From assembly GCA_963775425.1 (NCBI GenBank), contig CAVZJB010000016.1, positions 224,001-288,000 of the forward strand: a stretch of DNA of 64,000 nt, given 5' to 3'. The DNA comes from an uncultured delta proteobacterium (lineage in GTDB: Bacteria; Myxococcota; UBA727; VGSZ01). The notes below the pieces were generated by a model. The model did not search any database. It was not told the DNA's origin and saw only the letters and a list, made by a program, of their open reading frames with translations. The stretch's first letter is position 1. Every line of letters starts with the position of its first letter. Both the position numbers and the translations under genes were made by a program. Of this stretch, positions 31,220-42,479 are shown piece after piece.

Positions 31220-31816
31220 TCAGCGGCGGCGGTAGACGACGGTGAGGTTGTTCGCCGGCATCTCCACCACCTCGTCGAGGGCGAGGCCCTCCGCCGCGGC
31301 GACGACGTCCTCGAGCTTGCGCACCCCCCACGCAGGGTTGCGCGCGCGCAGGCTCTCGTCGAAGGCCAGGTTCGACCGCGCCGTCTCCACCCCGTCGCGA
31401 ACGTAGGGGCCGTACAGCACGAGCGGCCCGCCCTTCGGCAACAGCGCCGCCGCGTGCCTCAGGAGCCCGAGGCACGCCGCCCAGGGCGCGATGTGGACCA
31501 TGTTGATGCACACCATCGCCGCCACCGACGACGGCGCCGCCGGCCACGCGGGCGCCGTCGCGTCGAGCGCCAGCGGGGCGCGCACGTTCTCGAGCCCCGA
31601 GACACGGACGCGCTCCGCGATGCTCTCCCGCGCCGAAGCGTCCGCGTCACTCGGGACGAACAACAGCGCCGGCAGGTGCTCCGCGAAGAACACCACGTGC
31701 TCGCCGCTGCCCTCGGCGAGCTCGAGCACCGTCCCCGACGCCGGCAGCACGCGCCGCAGCACCTCGAGGATCGGCCCCTTGTTCCGCGCCGCCGCCGGCG
31801 ACGTCAAAAGAGGCAT
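31220..31816 (-). CDS. DUF938 family SAM-dependent methyltransferase
   Basis: SPAAARNKGPIL, VLELAEGSGEH, INMVHIAPW, SNLAFDESL, EMPANN. Confidence 0.9.
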   Translation of the reverse strand: MPLLTSPAAARNKGPILEVLRRVLPASGTVLELAEGSGEHVVFFAEHLPALLFVPSDADASARESIAERVRVSGLENVRAPLALDATAPAWPAAPSSVAAMVCINMVHIAPWAACLGLLRHAAALLPKGGPLVLYGPYVRDGVETARSNLAFDESLRARNPAWGVRKLEDVVAAAEGLALDEVVEMPANNLTVVYRRR

Positions 31817-31865
31817 GCGCCCTCCCACGCCCGGGCGACGAGCCCGAGCGGCGGACACGGTGGGC

Positions 31866-32294
<429 letters not shown>

Positions 32295-32302
32295 GTTGTC
32301 TC

Positions 32303-33733
32303 CTATGTAAGCTTCTTGAGCGGATCGAGGACGGCGCGGATGCGCGTGCGCACCCGCTCCCGCCCGAGGATGGCGAGGACGTCCCAGAGCCCGGGCGTGG
32401 CCTTCTTGCCGGTCACCACCCAGCGCAGCGGGCCGAGCAGGTCCTTGCCGAGCTCCTTGTCGGCACAGAACCCCTCGACGAGCGACTTCACGGTCTCCTG
32501 CGTCCAGCCGAACTGCGCGTCCACGCGCTCGACGAGCTCCGCGAAGAGCGCCGCGCTCTCCGCCGGCGTCTTCTGCACGGTCTTGCCGCGGATGACGGCG
32601 TTTTGCAGGTCGAAGCTCACCGAGCCCGCGAAGAAGTAGCTCGCGTAGTCCACGAAGTCCTCGGACTTCTCCCAGCGCGTCTTGGACGCCGCCACGATCC
32701 GCTCGAGGGTCGCGTCGTCGAACAGGCGCTCCTTCAAGTAGCGCACGATGTCGGCGTCGCTCATCTTCTCGCGCAGATACCGGCCGTTGAGATCGAGGAG
32801 CTTCTTCAAGTCGAACACCGGACCGCCGAGCACCACGCGCTCCAGCCTGAAGCCCTCGATGAGCTCGGCGAGCGAGAAGACCTCGCGCTGATCCTCGAAG
32901 GTGTGCGCCATCGTCCCGAGGAAGTTCACCATCGCCTCGGGCAGGTAGCCCGCCTCGCGAAACCACGAGAGGCTCACCGGGTTCTTGCGCTTGGACACCT
33001 TGGATTTGTCGGCGTTGCGCAGCAAGGGAAGATGAATAAATTCAGGACATTGCCACCCAAAGCTCTCGTAGAGAATCACGTGCTTGGGTGCCGAGGAGAT
33101 CCACTCCTCGCCGCGCAGCACGTGCGTGATCTCCATGAGGTGGTCGTCGACCACGTTGGCCAGGTGGTAGGTGGGGAAGCCGTCGCTCTTCAGGAGCACC
33201 TGGTCGTCGACCTCGGAGGCCGCGATGGGCTTCTGGTCGGGGCGCAGGGGGTCGGTCCAAGAGAACGCGCGTCCCGGCTCGCGCGGCACCTTGAGGCGCA
33301 CCACCGAGCCCGTCGACAGCCCGCGCTCCCGGCAGTGGCCGTCGTAGCCCTGTGTCCCGTCCTTGCGGGCCGCCCGCTCCTTGCGCACGGCGTCGAGCCG
33401 CTCCTTGGTGCAGTCGCACCAATAGGCCTTCCCCGACGCCAGCAGCTTGTCGACGTGCTCCTTGTAGATGGGCAGCCGCTCGCTCTGGCGGTAGGGGGCG
33501 TGCGGTCCACCGACGTCCGGACCCTCGTCCCACGAGAGCCCGAGCCAGCGCAGGCTGTCGAGGATGGCGACCTCGCTCTCGCGCGTGGAGCGCTCCCGGT
33601 CGGTGTCCTCGATGCGCAGGACGAACTGGCCGCCCCGTTGGCGGGCGAACGCGGTGTTGAACAGGGCGATGTACGCCGTGCCGACGTGCGGGTCGCCGGT
33701 GGGCGAAGGCGCGATGCGGACGCGGACCGTCAT
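32303..33733 (-). CDS. gltX: glutamyl-tRNA synthetase
   Basis: [40 protein letters not shown]. Confidence 0.97.
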   Translation of the reverse strand: MTVRVRIAPSPTGDPHVGTAYIALFNTAFARQRGGQFVLRIEDTDRERSTRESEVAILDSLRWLGLSWDEGPDVGGPHAPYRQSERLPIYKEHVDKLLASGKAYWCDCTKERLDAVRKERAARKDGTQGYDGHCRERGLSTGSVVRLKVPREPGRAFSWTDPLRPDQKPIAASEVDDQVLLKSDGFPTYHLANVVDDHLMEITHVLRGEEWISSAPKHVILYESFGWQCPEFIHLPLLRNADKSKVSKRKNPVSLSWFREAGYLPEAMVNFLGTMAHTFEDQREVFSLAELIEGFRLERVVLGGPVFDLKKLLDLNGRYLREKMSDADIVRYLKERLFDDATLERIVAASKTRWEKSEDFVDYASYFFAGSVSFDLQNAVIRGKTVQKTPAESAALFAELVERVDAQFGWTQETVKSLVEGFCADKELGKDLLGPLRWVVTGKKATPGLWDVLAILGRERVRTRIRAVLDPLKKLT

Positions 33734-33818
33734 GCGCCCGCCCTTAGAGGGTCGGTCGCCGCGGGGCAACGACCCTGTTGCTTTTCCGTGGGACGCCCCT
33801 CGACTAGGGTCAAGCCAT

Positions 33819-34658
33819 ATGGCGAGCTACGCGCACCCCGAAGTCCTGGTCGACACCGCGTGGGTCGAGGAGCACCTCGACGACGCCGCGGTGCGGATCG
33901 TCGAGGTCGACGTCGACACCCGCTCGTACGCGGACGAGGGCCACCTGCCCGGCGCCGTGGGCTGGGACTGGTCCAAGGAGCTGTGCGACACCCGCACGCG
34001 CGACATCGTGCCCAAGGGGGCGTTCGAGCTTCTGCTGTCGCGCTCCGGCATCGCCAACGACACCACGATCGTCCTGTACGGCGACAACAACAACTGGTTC
34101 GCGTGCTGGGCGCTGTGGCAGCTCAAGATCTACGGCCACGCCGACGTCCGCTTGATGAACGGCGGTCGCAACAAGTGGATCGCCGAGGGCCGCCCGCTCT
34201 CCGACGAGCCGCCCGCGCATGCGCCGACGGTCTATCGCGCGCGCGAGGCCGACTTCACCGAGCGGGCCTTCCTGAAGGACGTGATGCTCGCCTCCAACGG
34301 CAGCGTGTCGCTCGTCGACGTGCGCAGCCCCGCGGAGTACTCCGGCGAGATCCTCGCGCCGCCCGGCCTGCCCGAGACCTGCCAGCGCGGCGGCCACGTG
34401 CCCTCGGCGCAGAGCGTCCCCTGGGACGAGACATGCGCCGCCGACGGCACCTTCAAGCAAAACGACGAGCTCATCCAGCTCTACGCGGCCCGCGGCGTCA
34501 CCGTGGACAAGCCCGCCATCGCCTACTGCCGCATCGGGGAGCGCTCGAGCCACACGTGGTTCGTGCTCAAGTACCTGCTCGGTTTGCCGCACGTTCAGAA
34601 CTACGACGGCTCGTGGACCGAGTGGGGCAACCTCGTCGCCGCTCCCATCGAGAAGTGA
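33819..34658 (+). CDS. two-domain thiosulfate sulfurtransferase (rhodanese, CysA/SseA-like)
   Basis: GHLPGA, LYGDNNNWFA, DVRSPAEY, YCRIGERS, YDGSWTEWG. Confidence 0.93.
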   Translation: MASYAHPEVLVDTAWVEEHLDDAAVRIVEVDVDTRSYADEGHLPGAVGWDWSKELCDTRTRDIVPKGAFELLLSRSGIANDTTIVLYGDNNNWFACWALWQLKIYGHADVRLMNGGRNKWIAEGRPLSDEPPAHAPTVYRAREADFTERAFLKDVMLASNGSVSLVDVRSPAEYSGEILAPPGLPETCQRGGHVPSAQSVPWDETCAADGTFKQNDELIQLYAARGVTVDKPAIAYCRIGERSSHTWFVLKYLLGLPHVQNYDGSWTEWGNLVAAPIEK

Positions 34659-34666
34659 GGCGCGCC

Positions 34667-34951
34667 ATGCCGATCATGCGTCCCGAAGAGCATCGCGTCG
34701 TCGAGACCACCATCGAGGGGTGGCCCGCGCGCGTGACGTCGTGGCGCCTCGGCGCGCGTTGGATCTGCCATGTCGACAACGTCTCCCCCGGCGCCATCGT
34801 CGCGCGGGGCAACGGCGACACGCGCGAGGCGGCGGAGGCGGCGGCGACGGAGCTGGCGGCCACGCGCCTGCGCTCGACGCGGAGGCTGCAGGAGAGCATC
34901 AACAGCCTGCGCGCGAGCCGCGATCGGCTCGAAAAGCCCAGCGACGTCTAG
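34667..34951 (+). CDS. small hypothetical protein downstream of rhodanese
   Basis: MPIMRPEEHR..GWPARVTSWRLG..WICHVDNVSPGA..ARGNGDTREAAE; starts 8 bp after the rhodanese stop. Confidence 0.7.
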   Translation: MPIMRPEEHRVVETTIEGWPARVTSWRLGARWICHVDNVSPGAIVARGNGDTREAAEAAATELAATRLRSTRRLQESINSLRASRDRLEKPSDV

Positions 34952-34981
34952 TCGCTCGCTTGGCGGCGGTGAGGAGCTGAA

Positions 34982-35410
34982 TCAGTAGCCGTACGACGAG
35001 GGCGGCGGCGTGGTGTTGGGGTCGGCGACGCCCGGCCCACCGCGGTCCAGCGGGAGCAGCACGCGATCGGGGAGCTGGCGCGACCAGAAGAGGCCGACGA
35101 GGGGCACCGCCCCGATGAGGAACAGCGGCGTGCCGAGCAGGAGCGAACAGCCGCCGACGCTGGCGACGACCGGGATGTTCCACTCCTCCTGCTTGAGCTG
35201 CTTGCGCAGGGGCTTGTAGCCGGGGAGCGTCGCCTCGACGTCGTAGACCTTCTCCCAGCCCGTGGTCTCGTTGTAGGTCACCGGCGCTTTGCCGACCTTC
35301 TCGCCGTTGACCTTGATCTCGGCGCCGGTGGGGTCGCTGTCGATGATGACGGCGTGGGAGCACGCGCTCAGGAAGAGGACGGCGACGACGGGGGCGAGGA
35401 CCTTGCGCAT
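34982..35410 (-). CDS. PEGA-domain lipoprotein with C-terminal TM hairpin
   Basis: Lipobox LSAC, IDSDPTGAEIKVNG..GKAP. Confidence 0.8.
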   Translation of the reverse strand: MRKVLAPVVAVLFLSACSHAVIIDSDPTGAEIKVNGEKVGKAPVTYNETTGWEKVYDVEATLPGYKPLRKQLKQEEWNIPVVASVGGCSLLLGTPLFLIGAVPLVGLFWSRQLPDRVLLPLDRGGPGVADPNTTPPPSSYGY

Positions 35411-35455
35411 ACGCGATGGCTCCAGATCGAATACGACGGAACGGACTGACCGGCC

Positions 35456-36409
35456 TTAGATAACGCCCTCCGGGAGGACAAGTCCACGCTCGGCGGCTGC
35501 CTGTGCGAATGCAGGCGGGATCCTCGCCCGGACCGGGGACCGCTCCGGGAGCGCCAGGGTCCACGCGTGCAGCAGGTGCCACGGCACGCCCTCCTCGACG
35601 GGGGCGCCGTAGAGCGCGTCGCCGACGAGCGCGTGGCCTGCGGCGGCGAGGTGGACGCGGATTCGGTGCCTCCTGCCCCCACGCATGCGCACCTCGAGCA
35701 GCGTGTGCGCGGGCCCGTGGGCGAGGGGCGTCGCCGCGGTGTGCGCGGGCCGGGCGCGGGCGTCCTGGACGTCGACGCGCATGCGCCGCGGGTCACGCGG
35801 GTCGTGGGCGAGGGGCGCGTCCGTGGTGAGCGCGGCGCGCGCGACGCCGTGCACGAGCGCGAGGTAGCTCTTGTCGACGCCGTCGCCCGCGAACGCGGCG
35901 CGCAACGACCGCCACGTCCCGCGGTCGCGGGCGAGCGCGAGGCAGCCTGACGTGCCCGTGTCGAGGCGGTGCACGAGGCCGCCCTCGCGCGGGTCCTCGG
36001 ACGCGGCCGCGATTTCGGGGAAGAGCGCCACCAGCGCGTCGACGACGGTGCCGCCCTCGCCGGGGACGAGCGGGTGGCACGGCATGCCCGCGGGCTTGTC
36101 GACGACGACGACGCGGTCGTCGACCCGGAGCCGCGGGACCACGTCGGGCCCGGGAACGAGCCACGCGCCGTGACCCTCGACGACGACGGCGGCGCCGGCG
36201 GCGAGGGCGTCGCCCTTTTTCACCTTGCGTCGGTCGACGCGGACACGGCCGGCTTCGAGCAGGCGGCGCGCAGCGCCGGTGGACAGATCGAGGAGCGCGG
36301 CGACGACACGGTCCGCGCGCGCGCCGTCGAGCTCGCCGGGCACCACGACGCCCACGTCGTCCGCGGCGCCGCTCGAGGGCGCCCCGGGGGGCCGCGCAGG
36401 GCCCGTCAC
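35456..36409 (-). CDS. RluA/RluD family pseudouridine synthase
   Basis: S4-like RADR, VDKPAG, VHRLDTGTSG, GRRHRIRVH, GDALYG. Confidence 0.92.
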   Translation of the reverse strand: MTGPARPPGAPSSGAADDVGVVVPGELDGARADRVVAALLDLSTGAARRLLEAGRVRVDRRKVKKGDALAAGAAVVVEGHGAWLVPGPDVVPRLRVDDRVVVVDKPAGMPCHPLVPGEGGTVVDALVALFPEIAAASEDPREGGLVHRLDTGTSGCLALARDRGTWRSLRAAFAGDGVDKSYLALVHGVARAALTTDAPLAHDPRDPRRMRVDVQDARARPAHTAATPLAHGPAHTLLEVRMRGGRRHRIRVHLAAAGHALVGDALYGAPVEEGVPWHLLHAWTLALPERSPVRARIPPAFAQAAAERGLVLPEGVI

Positions 36410-37482
36410 GGGAGGACCACTTCGGCGCGCCGGCCGCGCACGCGCTCGGCGAGCGCCAGCTCCGGGTCGGGCTCGCCGGCGACGGCGCGCAGCACCGAGA
36501 GGAAGCAGCGCATGTCCTCGCGGCACGAGGCGTAGGCCTCCTGGTAGACGCGCTGCTTGAGCGAGTAGATGCCGAACGCCGACAGCTCGGCGTTGTTGTC
36601 GGGCAGCCGCGCGTGGCGCAGGTGATACGACAGGAGCGTCGGCGCCACCTCGTCCTGCCAGTGGCGCTGGTGCTCGAGGAAGATGCGGTCCTTGCGGGCG
36701 AGGATCTCGGCGTCGGAGAGCGCTCCGCTCTGCGCGAACAACACGCGCAGGTCGAACGCGAGGGCGCCGACGGCGCGCACGTAGGCGTCGTCGTCGCGGT
36801 CGAGCTCCACCATGCGCTTGGCGATCTGCGAGTCCTCGCCGTAGTGCTCGACGACGAAGCGCCGCCGCCCCTCCTTGCCGATGAAGGTCGCGAGCCCCTC
36901 GTTGAACGCGCCCTGCCCCGGCACGAAGATGGTGGCGTGCGCGAGCTCGTGGATGACGGTCTCCACGATGTCGAGCTCGTCGCCGTGAAACAGCATGGTC
37001 GACAGGACGGGGTCCGGCGCGAACCCGAGCAGCGAGTACGTGGTCACGGGCCGCACGTCGACGTCGTAGCCCTGCCCCGCGAGCTCCTGCGCGAGCCCCT
37101 CGGCGGCGTCGAGGTGGAAGGAGCCGCGGTACGGCAGCGCGCCGAGCACCGGGTAGCGCCAGGTGTACGGATCGAGCGAGGTGCGCGGCGCCGCCGACAC
37201 GACGTAGACGACGGCGGGGGCGTCGAGGAACACCACGGTGCGGTACTGAAAGCCGACGTCGAGCCCGATCTCCTCCTTGGCGAAGTCGCGCGCGGCCACG
37301 GCGAGCGACAGCCGGTGCTTCACCGCGTGCGGGGTATCGGGATCGGCGAGGAGCGGCGCGATGGGGCGGGCGGCGGCGAGGACCTCGGCCTGGCCGAGCC
37401 CCTGCTCGACGAGGTAGTCGGCGTCGGCGCACGACGCCGCGCACACGGCGAGGGCGACGGCGACGGCCGTGCGGCAGGTCAT
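36406..37482 (-). CDS. predicted zinc aminopeptidase lipoprotein (DUF2265-like)
   Basis: YLVEQGLGQ, TWRYPVLGALPYRG, YSLLGF.DP, IHELAH, FNEGLATF. Confidence 0.85.
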   Translation of the reverse strand: MTCRTAVAVALAVCAASCADADYLVEQGLGQAEVLAAARPIAPLLADPDTPHAVKHRLSLAVAARDFAKEEIGLDVGFQYRTVVFLDAPAVVYVVSAAPRTSLDPYTWRYPVLGALPYRGSFHLDAAEGLAQELAGQGYDVDVRPVTTYSLLGFAPDPVLSTMLFHGDELDIVETVIHELAHATIFVPGQGAFNEGLATFIGKEGRRRFVVEHYGEDSQIAKRMVELDRDDDAYVRAVGALAFDLRVLFAQSGALSDAEILARKDRIFLEHQRHWQDEVAPTLLSYHLRHARLPDNNAELSAFGIYSLKQRVYQEAYASCREDMRCFLSVLRAVAGEPDPELALAERVRGRRAEVVLP

Positions 37483-38393
37483 CCGGGCAGCGGGATGGTC
37501 AACAGCGGCATCGCCGGCGCGAACGACGCCGACCGCGACGGCGACGACGGCAGGAGCGCCGCCGACGACGGCGGCTCCTTCCAGTGCGGGTTCACGGCGT
37601 AGCCGCTCTTTGGCGTGGCGCTGACGGACATGCCCCAGGCGCCGATGAGCGCGGGGACGCCGACGAGCGCGATGCCCCCGATGACGATGGCGGGCAAGGA
37701 GCCGAGGAGCGAGAACACGACGATGGCGCCGACGCCGGCGCTGCCGGTGAATTCCACGAGCCCCTGCAGGCCGCCGATGAGCATCAGGCCCACGCCGAAG
37801 GTCACGGCGCTGACGCCGGCGCCGAGGAGCGAGCCGGCGATGTGGGCGCCGAGGGCGACGAGGTAATTGCCGTCGTAGACCTTGCTGGTGTTGTTGAAGA
37901 CGAGGTACGCCGCGAGCGCCGCCCCGGCGGACTCGAGGAACAGATAGCCCCCGGCGAGCCCGATGATGAACGGCGCGAGCGTCGCAGGCGAGCTGCTCGC
38001 GAGCGCTGCGGCGCCGGTGATGCCGATGTATGCGGTGGGGAGGCCGACGAGGACGTGGGTGCCGAGGGCGACGACGCTGGACGCGCCCGCGGCGAACCAG
38101 AAGGCGCGCCCGTCGTCGAGGATCCAGCCGTAGCGCGGCGGCACCACCAGCGACGGCGTCGCGGCCGCGAGGGCGCGCCCGGCGTCGAGGCCGGGCGACG
38201 CCGTGGACGCAGCGAGCGCGCCCGAGAGGCGGGGCACGTCGAGGTGGAGCCGGGGCACGTCGAGCCGCGCCAGCCGCAAGAGGTCCACCGGCGCCGCGCT
38301 CACCCCCTCGAGGAGCGCAGCTCCCTGGGCGAGCGGCGAGGGTGTCGCCGGAGAGGCGAGGGACGCGCAGACGGCGAGGGCGGCGGTGAGCAC
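37479..38393 (-). CDS. secreted or membrane Gly/Ala-rich hypothetical protein
   Basis: Signal peptide followed by 5-6 hydrophobic helices. Confidence 0.65.
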   Translation of the reverse strand: MLTAALAVCASLASPATPSPLAQGAALLEGVSAAPVDLLRLARLDVPRLHLDVPRLSGALAASTASPGLDAGRALAAATPSLVVPPRYGWILDDGRAFWFAAGASSVVALGTHVLVGLPTAYIGITGAAALASSSPATLAPFIIGLAGGYLFLESAGAALAAYLVFNNTSKVYDGNYLVALGAHIAGSLLGAGVSAVTFGVGLMLIGGLQGLVEFTGSAGVGAIVVFSLLGSLPAIVIGGIALVGVPALIGAWGMSVSATPKSGYAVNPHWKEPPSSAALLPSSPSRSASFAPAMPLLTIPLPG

Positions 38394-38517
38394 GGACGGA
38401 GCGTAATACGAACCACGCCTCGCGCGCGCGCCACCCGACGACGGGGACGCGCGTCGCCGGGGCAGCTCGGCGACGGCCCACGACCACGAGGGCGCCGACG
38501 GCCGTTCGCGCGTCGGC

Positions 38518-39429
38518 TTACGGGAGCGCGGCGGCCAGGGTCTTGCCGATCTCGGCGGGCGTGGGCGCGACGCGGATGCCGGCGGCCTCGAGGGCCTTCA
38601 CCTTCTCCGAGGCCGTGCCCTTTCCGCCCGAGATGATGGCGCCGGCATGTCCCATACGCCGCCCCGGAGGCGCCGTGCGGCCGGCGATGAAGCCCACGAC
38701 GGGCTTTTTCATGTTCGCCTTCACCCACGCGGCGGCCTCTTCCTCGGCCGAGCCGCCAATCTCGCCGATCATGATGACGGCGTGGGTGTCCTTGTCCGCG
38801 TTGAACAACGACAGCACGTCGATGAAGTCGGTGCCGTTCACCGGGTCTCCGCCGATGCCGACGCAGGTGGACTGCCCGATGCCGAGCGCGGTGAGCTGCC
38901 CCACCGCCTCGTACGTGAGCGTGCCGGACTTGGAGACCACGCCGACGTTGCCGGGCTTGTGGATGTGCCCCGGCATGATGCCGAGCTTGCACTGGCCGGG
39001 CGTGATGACGCCGGGGCAATTCGGGCCCACCAGGCGCGTCTTCGACTGCGTCTTCAGGACCTGCTTCACCTTCACCATGTCGAGCACGGGGATGCCCTCC
39101 GTGATGGCGATGACGAGCTCGAGCTCCGCGGCGACGGCCTCGAGGATGGCGTCGGCGGCGAACGGCGGAGGCACGTAGATGATGGACGCGTTGGCGCCGG
39201 TGGCCTTCTTGGCAGCCGCGACCGTGTTGAAGATCGGGACCTTGCCCTCGAACGTCTGCCCGCCCTTGCCCGGCGTGACGCCCGCGACGATGAAGGGCGA
39301 CGAGCCGTGCGAGGAGCCCGGGCTGTTCTGCGTGCCGTACTCGAGCATCTGCTTGGCGTGGAAGCTGCCCGCGTCGCCCGTGATGCCCTGGACGATCGCC
39401 TTGGTGTTCTTGTCGAGGAGGATGCTCAC
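38518..39429 (-). CDS. sucD: succinyl-CoA synthetase alpha subunit
   Basis: [41 protein letters not shown]. Confidence 0.98.
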   Translation of the reverse strand: MSILLDKNTKAIVQGITGDAGSFHAKQMLEYGTQNSPGSSHGSSPFIVAGVTPGKGGQTFEGKVPIFNTVAAAKKATGANASIIYVPPPFAADAILEAVAAELELVIAITEGIPVLDMVKVKQVLKTQSKTRLVGPNCPGVITPGQCKLGIMPGHIHKPGNVGVVSKSGTLTYEAVGQLTALGIGQSTCVGIGGDPVNGTDFIDVLSLFNADKDTHAVIMIGEIGGSAEEEAAAWVKANMKKPVVGFIAGRTAPPGRRMGHAGAIISGGKGTASEKVKALEAAGIRVAPTPAEIGKTLAAALP

Positions 39430-39605
39430 TTCTTCTTCTCGCTGGCTTCGAGGATGAGGTCGTCGGTGGGGTCGTCGAGGTTCACGAGGTCGTCGTGATC
39501 GGGCATCTCGTACGGCGGCCGCTCGCCCGAGCTGAGCCGCGACCCGAGGTTCTTCAACATGCCCACGGCGAGCCGGCCGCGCGGCGGGGTCCGCTCTCCC
39601 CTCAT
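39426..39605 (-). CDS. 59-aa hypothetical protein between sucC and sucD
   Basis: ATGA overlap with the sucC stop and GTGA overlap with the sucD start; GC3-rich codons. Confidence 0.55.
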   Translation of the reverse strand: MRGERTPPRGRLAVGMLKNLGSRLSSGERPPYEMPDHDDLVNLDDPTDDLILEASEKKK

Positions 39606-40768
39606 GCGGCACCCCGCGCGGCGGCCACGGCCTTCTTGGCCCCGTCGCCCATGTCGTCGGCGGCGGTGATGGCGAGCCCGGACTCCTTGAGGATCTTCTT
39701 GCCCAGGTCCACGTTGGTGCCCTCGAGGCGCACGACCAACGGCACCTTCAGCCCGACCTGCTTCGCGGCGGCGACGACGCCGTTGGCGATGACGTCGCAC
39801 TTGGCGATGCCGCCGAAGATGTTGACGAAGACCGCCTTCACGGACGGGTCCTTCAGGATGATCTTGAAGGCCGCCGTGACCTTCTTCTCGTCGGCGCCGC
39901 CGCCGACGTCGAGGAAGTTGGCGGGCTCGCCGCCCTCGTGCTTGATGATGTCCATGGTGGCCATGGCCAGGCCGGCGCCGTTCACCATGCAGCCGATGTT
40001 GCCCTCGAGCGCGATGTAGCTGAGGTCGAACGCCTTGGCCTCGCTCTCGCGCGGATCCTCCTCGTGGGGGTCGCGCATGTCGACGATGTCGTTGTGGCGG
40101 AACAGGGCGTTGTCGTCGAAGTTGAACTTGGCGTCGAGCGCGAGCAGCTCGCTGTCCTCGGTGACCACCAGGGGGTTGATCTCGGCGAGCGACGCGTCGC
40201 TGCCGACGAAGGCGTTGTAGAGCCCGACGAGGAACGCCGTGCCCTTGCGCACCTGCTTGGCGTCGAGGCCGAGGCCGAAGGCGAGGTTGCGCGCCTGGTA
40301 GGGCATCAGGCCCACCGTGGGGTCCACCCACTCCTTCAGGATCTTGTCGGGGCTCTCCTCGGCGACCTTCTCGATCTCGACGCCGCCCTCCGTCGACGCC
40401 ATGACGCAGACGCGAGCGGTGACGCGGTCGATGACGAGCCCGACGTAGAGCTCGCGCGCGATCTTGCAGCCCTGCTCGACGAGCACCTTCCGCACGAGCT
40501 GGCCCTCGGGGCCCGTCTGGTGCGTCTTGAGCATCATGCCGAGGATGTCGTTGGCGTGCTTGCGCGCGTCTTCGCGCGTCTTGGCGAGCTTGACGCCGCC
40601 CCCCTTGCCGCGGCCGCCGGCGTGGATCTGCGCCTTGATGACGCACGGGTACCCGAGCCGCTCCGCCGCTTCCTCCGCCTCCCGCACGCTGGTGCACACG
40701 ACGCCCGTCAACGTCGGCACGCCGTATCTGCGGAGGATCTCCTTGCCCTGGTACTCGTGGATCTTCAT
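39602..40768 (-). CDS. sucC: succinyl-CoA synthetase beta subunit
   Basis: [50 protein letters not shown]. Confidence 0.98.
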   Translation of the reverse strand: MKIHEYQGKEILRRYGVPTLTGVVCTSVREAEEAAERLGYPCVIKAQIHAGGRGKGGGVKLAKTREDARKHANDILGMMLKTHQTGPEGQLVRKVLVEQGCKIARELYVGLVIDRVTARVCVMASTEGGVEIEKVAEESPDKILKEWVDPTVGLMPYQARNLAFGLGLDAKQVRKGTAFLVGLYNAFVGSDASLAEINPLVVTEDSELLALDAKFNFDDNALFRHNDIVDMRDPHEEDPRESEAKAFDLSYIALEGNIGCMVNGAGLAMATMDIIKHEGGEPANFLDVGGGADEKKVTAAFKIILKDPSVKAVFVNIFGGIAKCDVIANGVVAAAKQVGLKVPLVVRLEGTNVDLGKKILKESGLAITAADDMGDGAKKAVAAARGAA

Positions 40769-40832
40769 GGGGCCGGGCCTAACAGACGCGGATCCACTGC
40801 TCAACGGCGGGTTTTTCGCGTATCGCCGCGGC

Positions 40833-41417
40833 ATGCACCCCACGCTGCCCGTCGCGCCCGGGAGCCGCGGACGACGCCCGCTCGAGCGCCTCGGCCCGCC
40901 GCGGCCCGTGGACGTTCTGCTCGACAAGGACGCCCTCGCCGCCGGCCTCCATCTCGACACCTGCCCGCAGTGCGGCGCGAACCCGGCCGGCACCACGCCG
41001 CCGCGCACCCTTCAGTGGGTGTCGCCGTTCATCTGGTTCGCCTTTCTGATCAGCCTCATCGTCGTCGTCATCCTCCACTACACGCTGCGCGTGCGGGTGA
41101 CGACGGCGCTGCCGCTGTGCGCCGACTGCGCGGCCGCGGACCGCCGCGGCCGACGGCTCGCCGCCCTCGGCCTCCTCGGTGTCGTGCTCGGCCCCGTCGT
41201 GCTCGGCGCCGCGGGCACCGTCGTCGGCGCGGGCGGCGTCGGCGCTGCCGTCGGCCTCGTCGCGGGCCTCGTCGGCGCGGTGACCGCGCAGGTGAAGCTG
41301 GCGCCTCAGATGATCGTGTGCCGCAGGATCGACGCGCAGGAAAAGACCGTCACCCTGCGCGCGAGCCCGACGTGGCGAAGCGTGCTCGAGCGCGAGCAGC
41401 CCGAAGCGCTGCGCTGA
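40833..41417 (+). CDS. membrane protein with two CxxC motifs
   Basis: TCPQCG, TM, LPLCADC, TM hairpin. Confidence 0.65.
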   Translation: MHPTLPVAPGSRGRRPLERLGPPRPVDVLLDKDALAAGLHLDTCPQCGANPAGTTPPRTLQWVSPFIWFAFLISLIVVVILHYTLRVRVTTALPLCADCAAADRRGRRLAALGLLGVVLGPVVLGAAGTVVGAGGVGAAVGLVAGLVGAVTAQVKLAPQMIVCRRIDAQEKTVTLRASPTWRSVLEREQPEALR

Positions 41418-41430
41418 CGCGCGCTCGACG

Positions 41431-42312
<882 letters not shown>

Positions 42313-42479
42313 GGGGACCACCCTAGGAACGCGTCGTCACGGGCTTATCACCGCGACCTGGAAATTCGGGTGGATCCGAGCCACCCGGAAGGGGACGGTG
42401 CTACGGCCTCGCCACGTACTCCGCGGCGAGCCACCTTGTGGGCGGCTTCGCCGAGTGAGCCTTATTTTTCGTCAGCCTT

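Noticed and set aside
33033-33044. ArgR ARG box or dif site within gltX
   Set aside because: Half-site spacing is N2 rather than the N4 of ARG boxes, and the sequence does not match XerC/XerD arms
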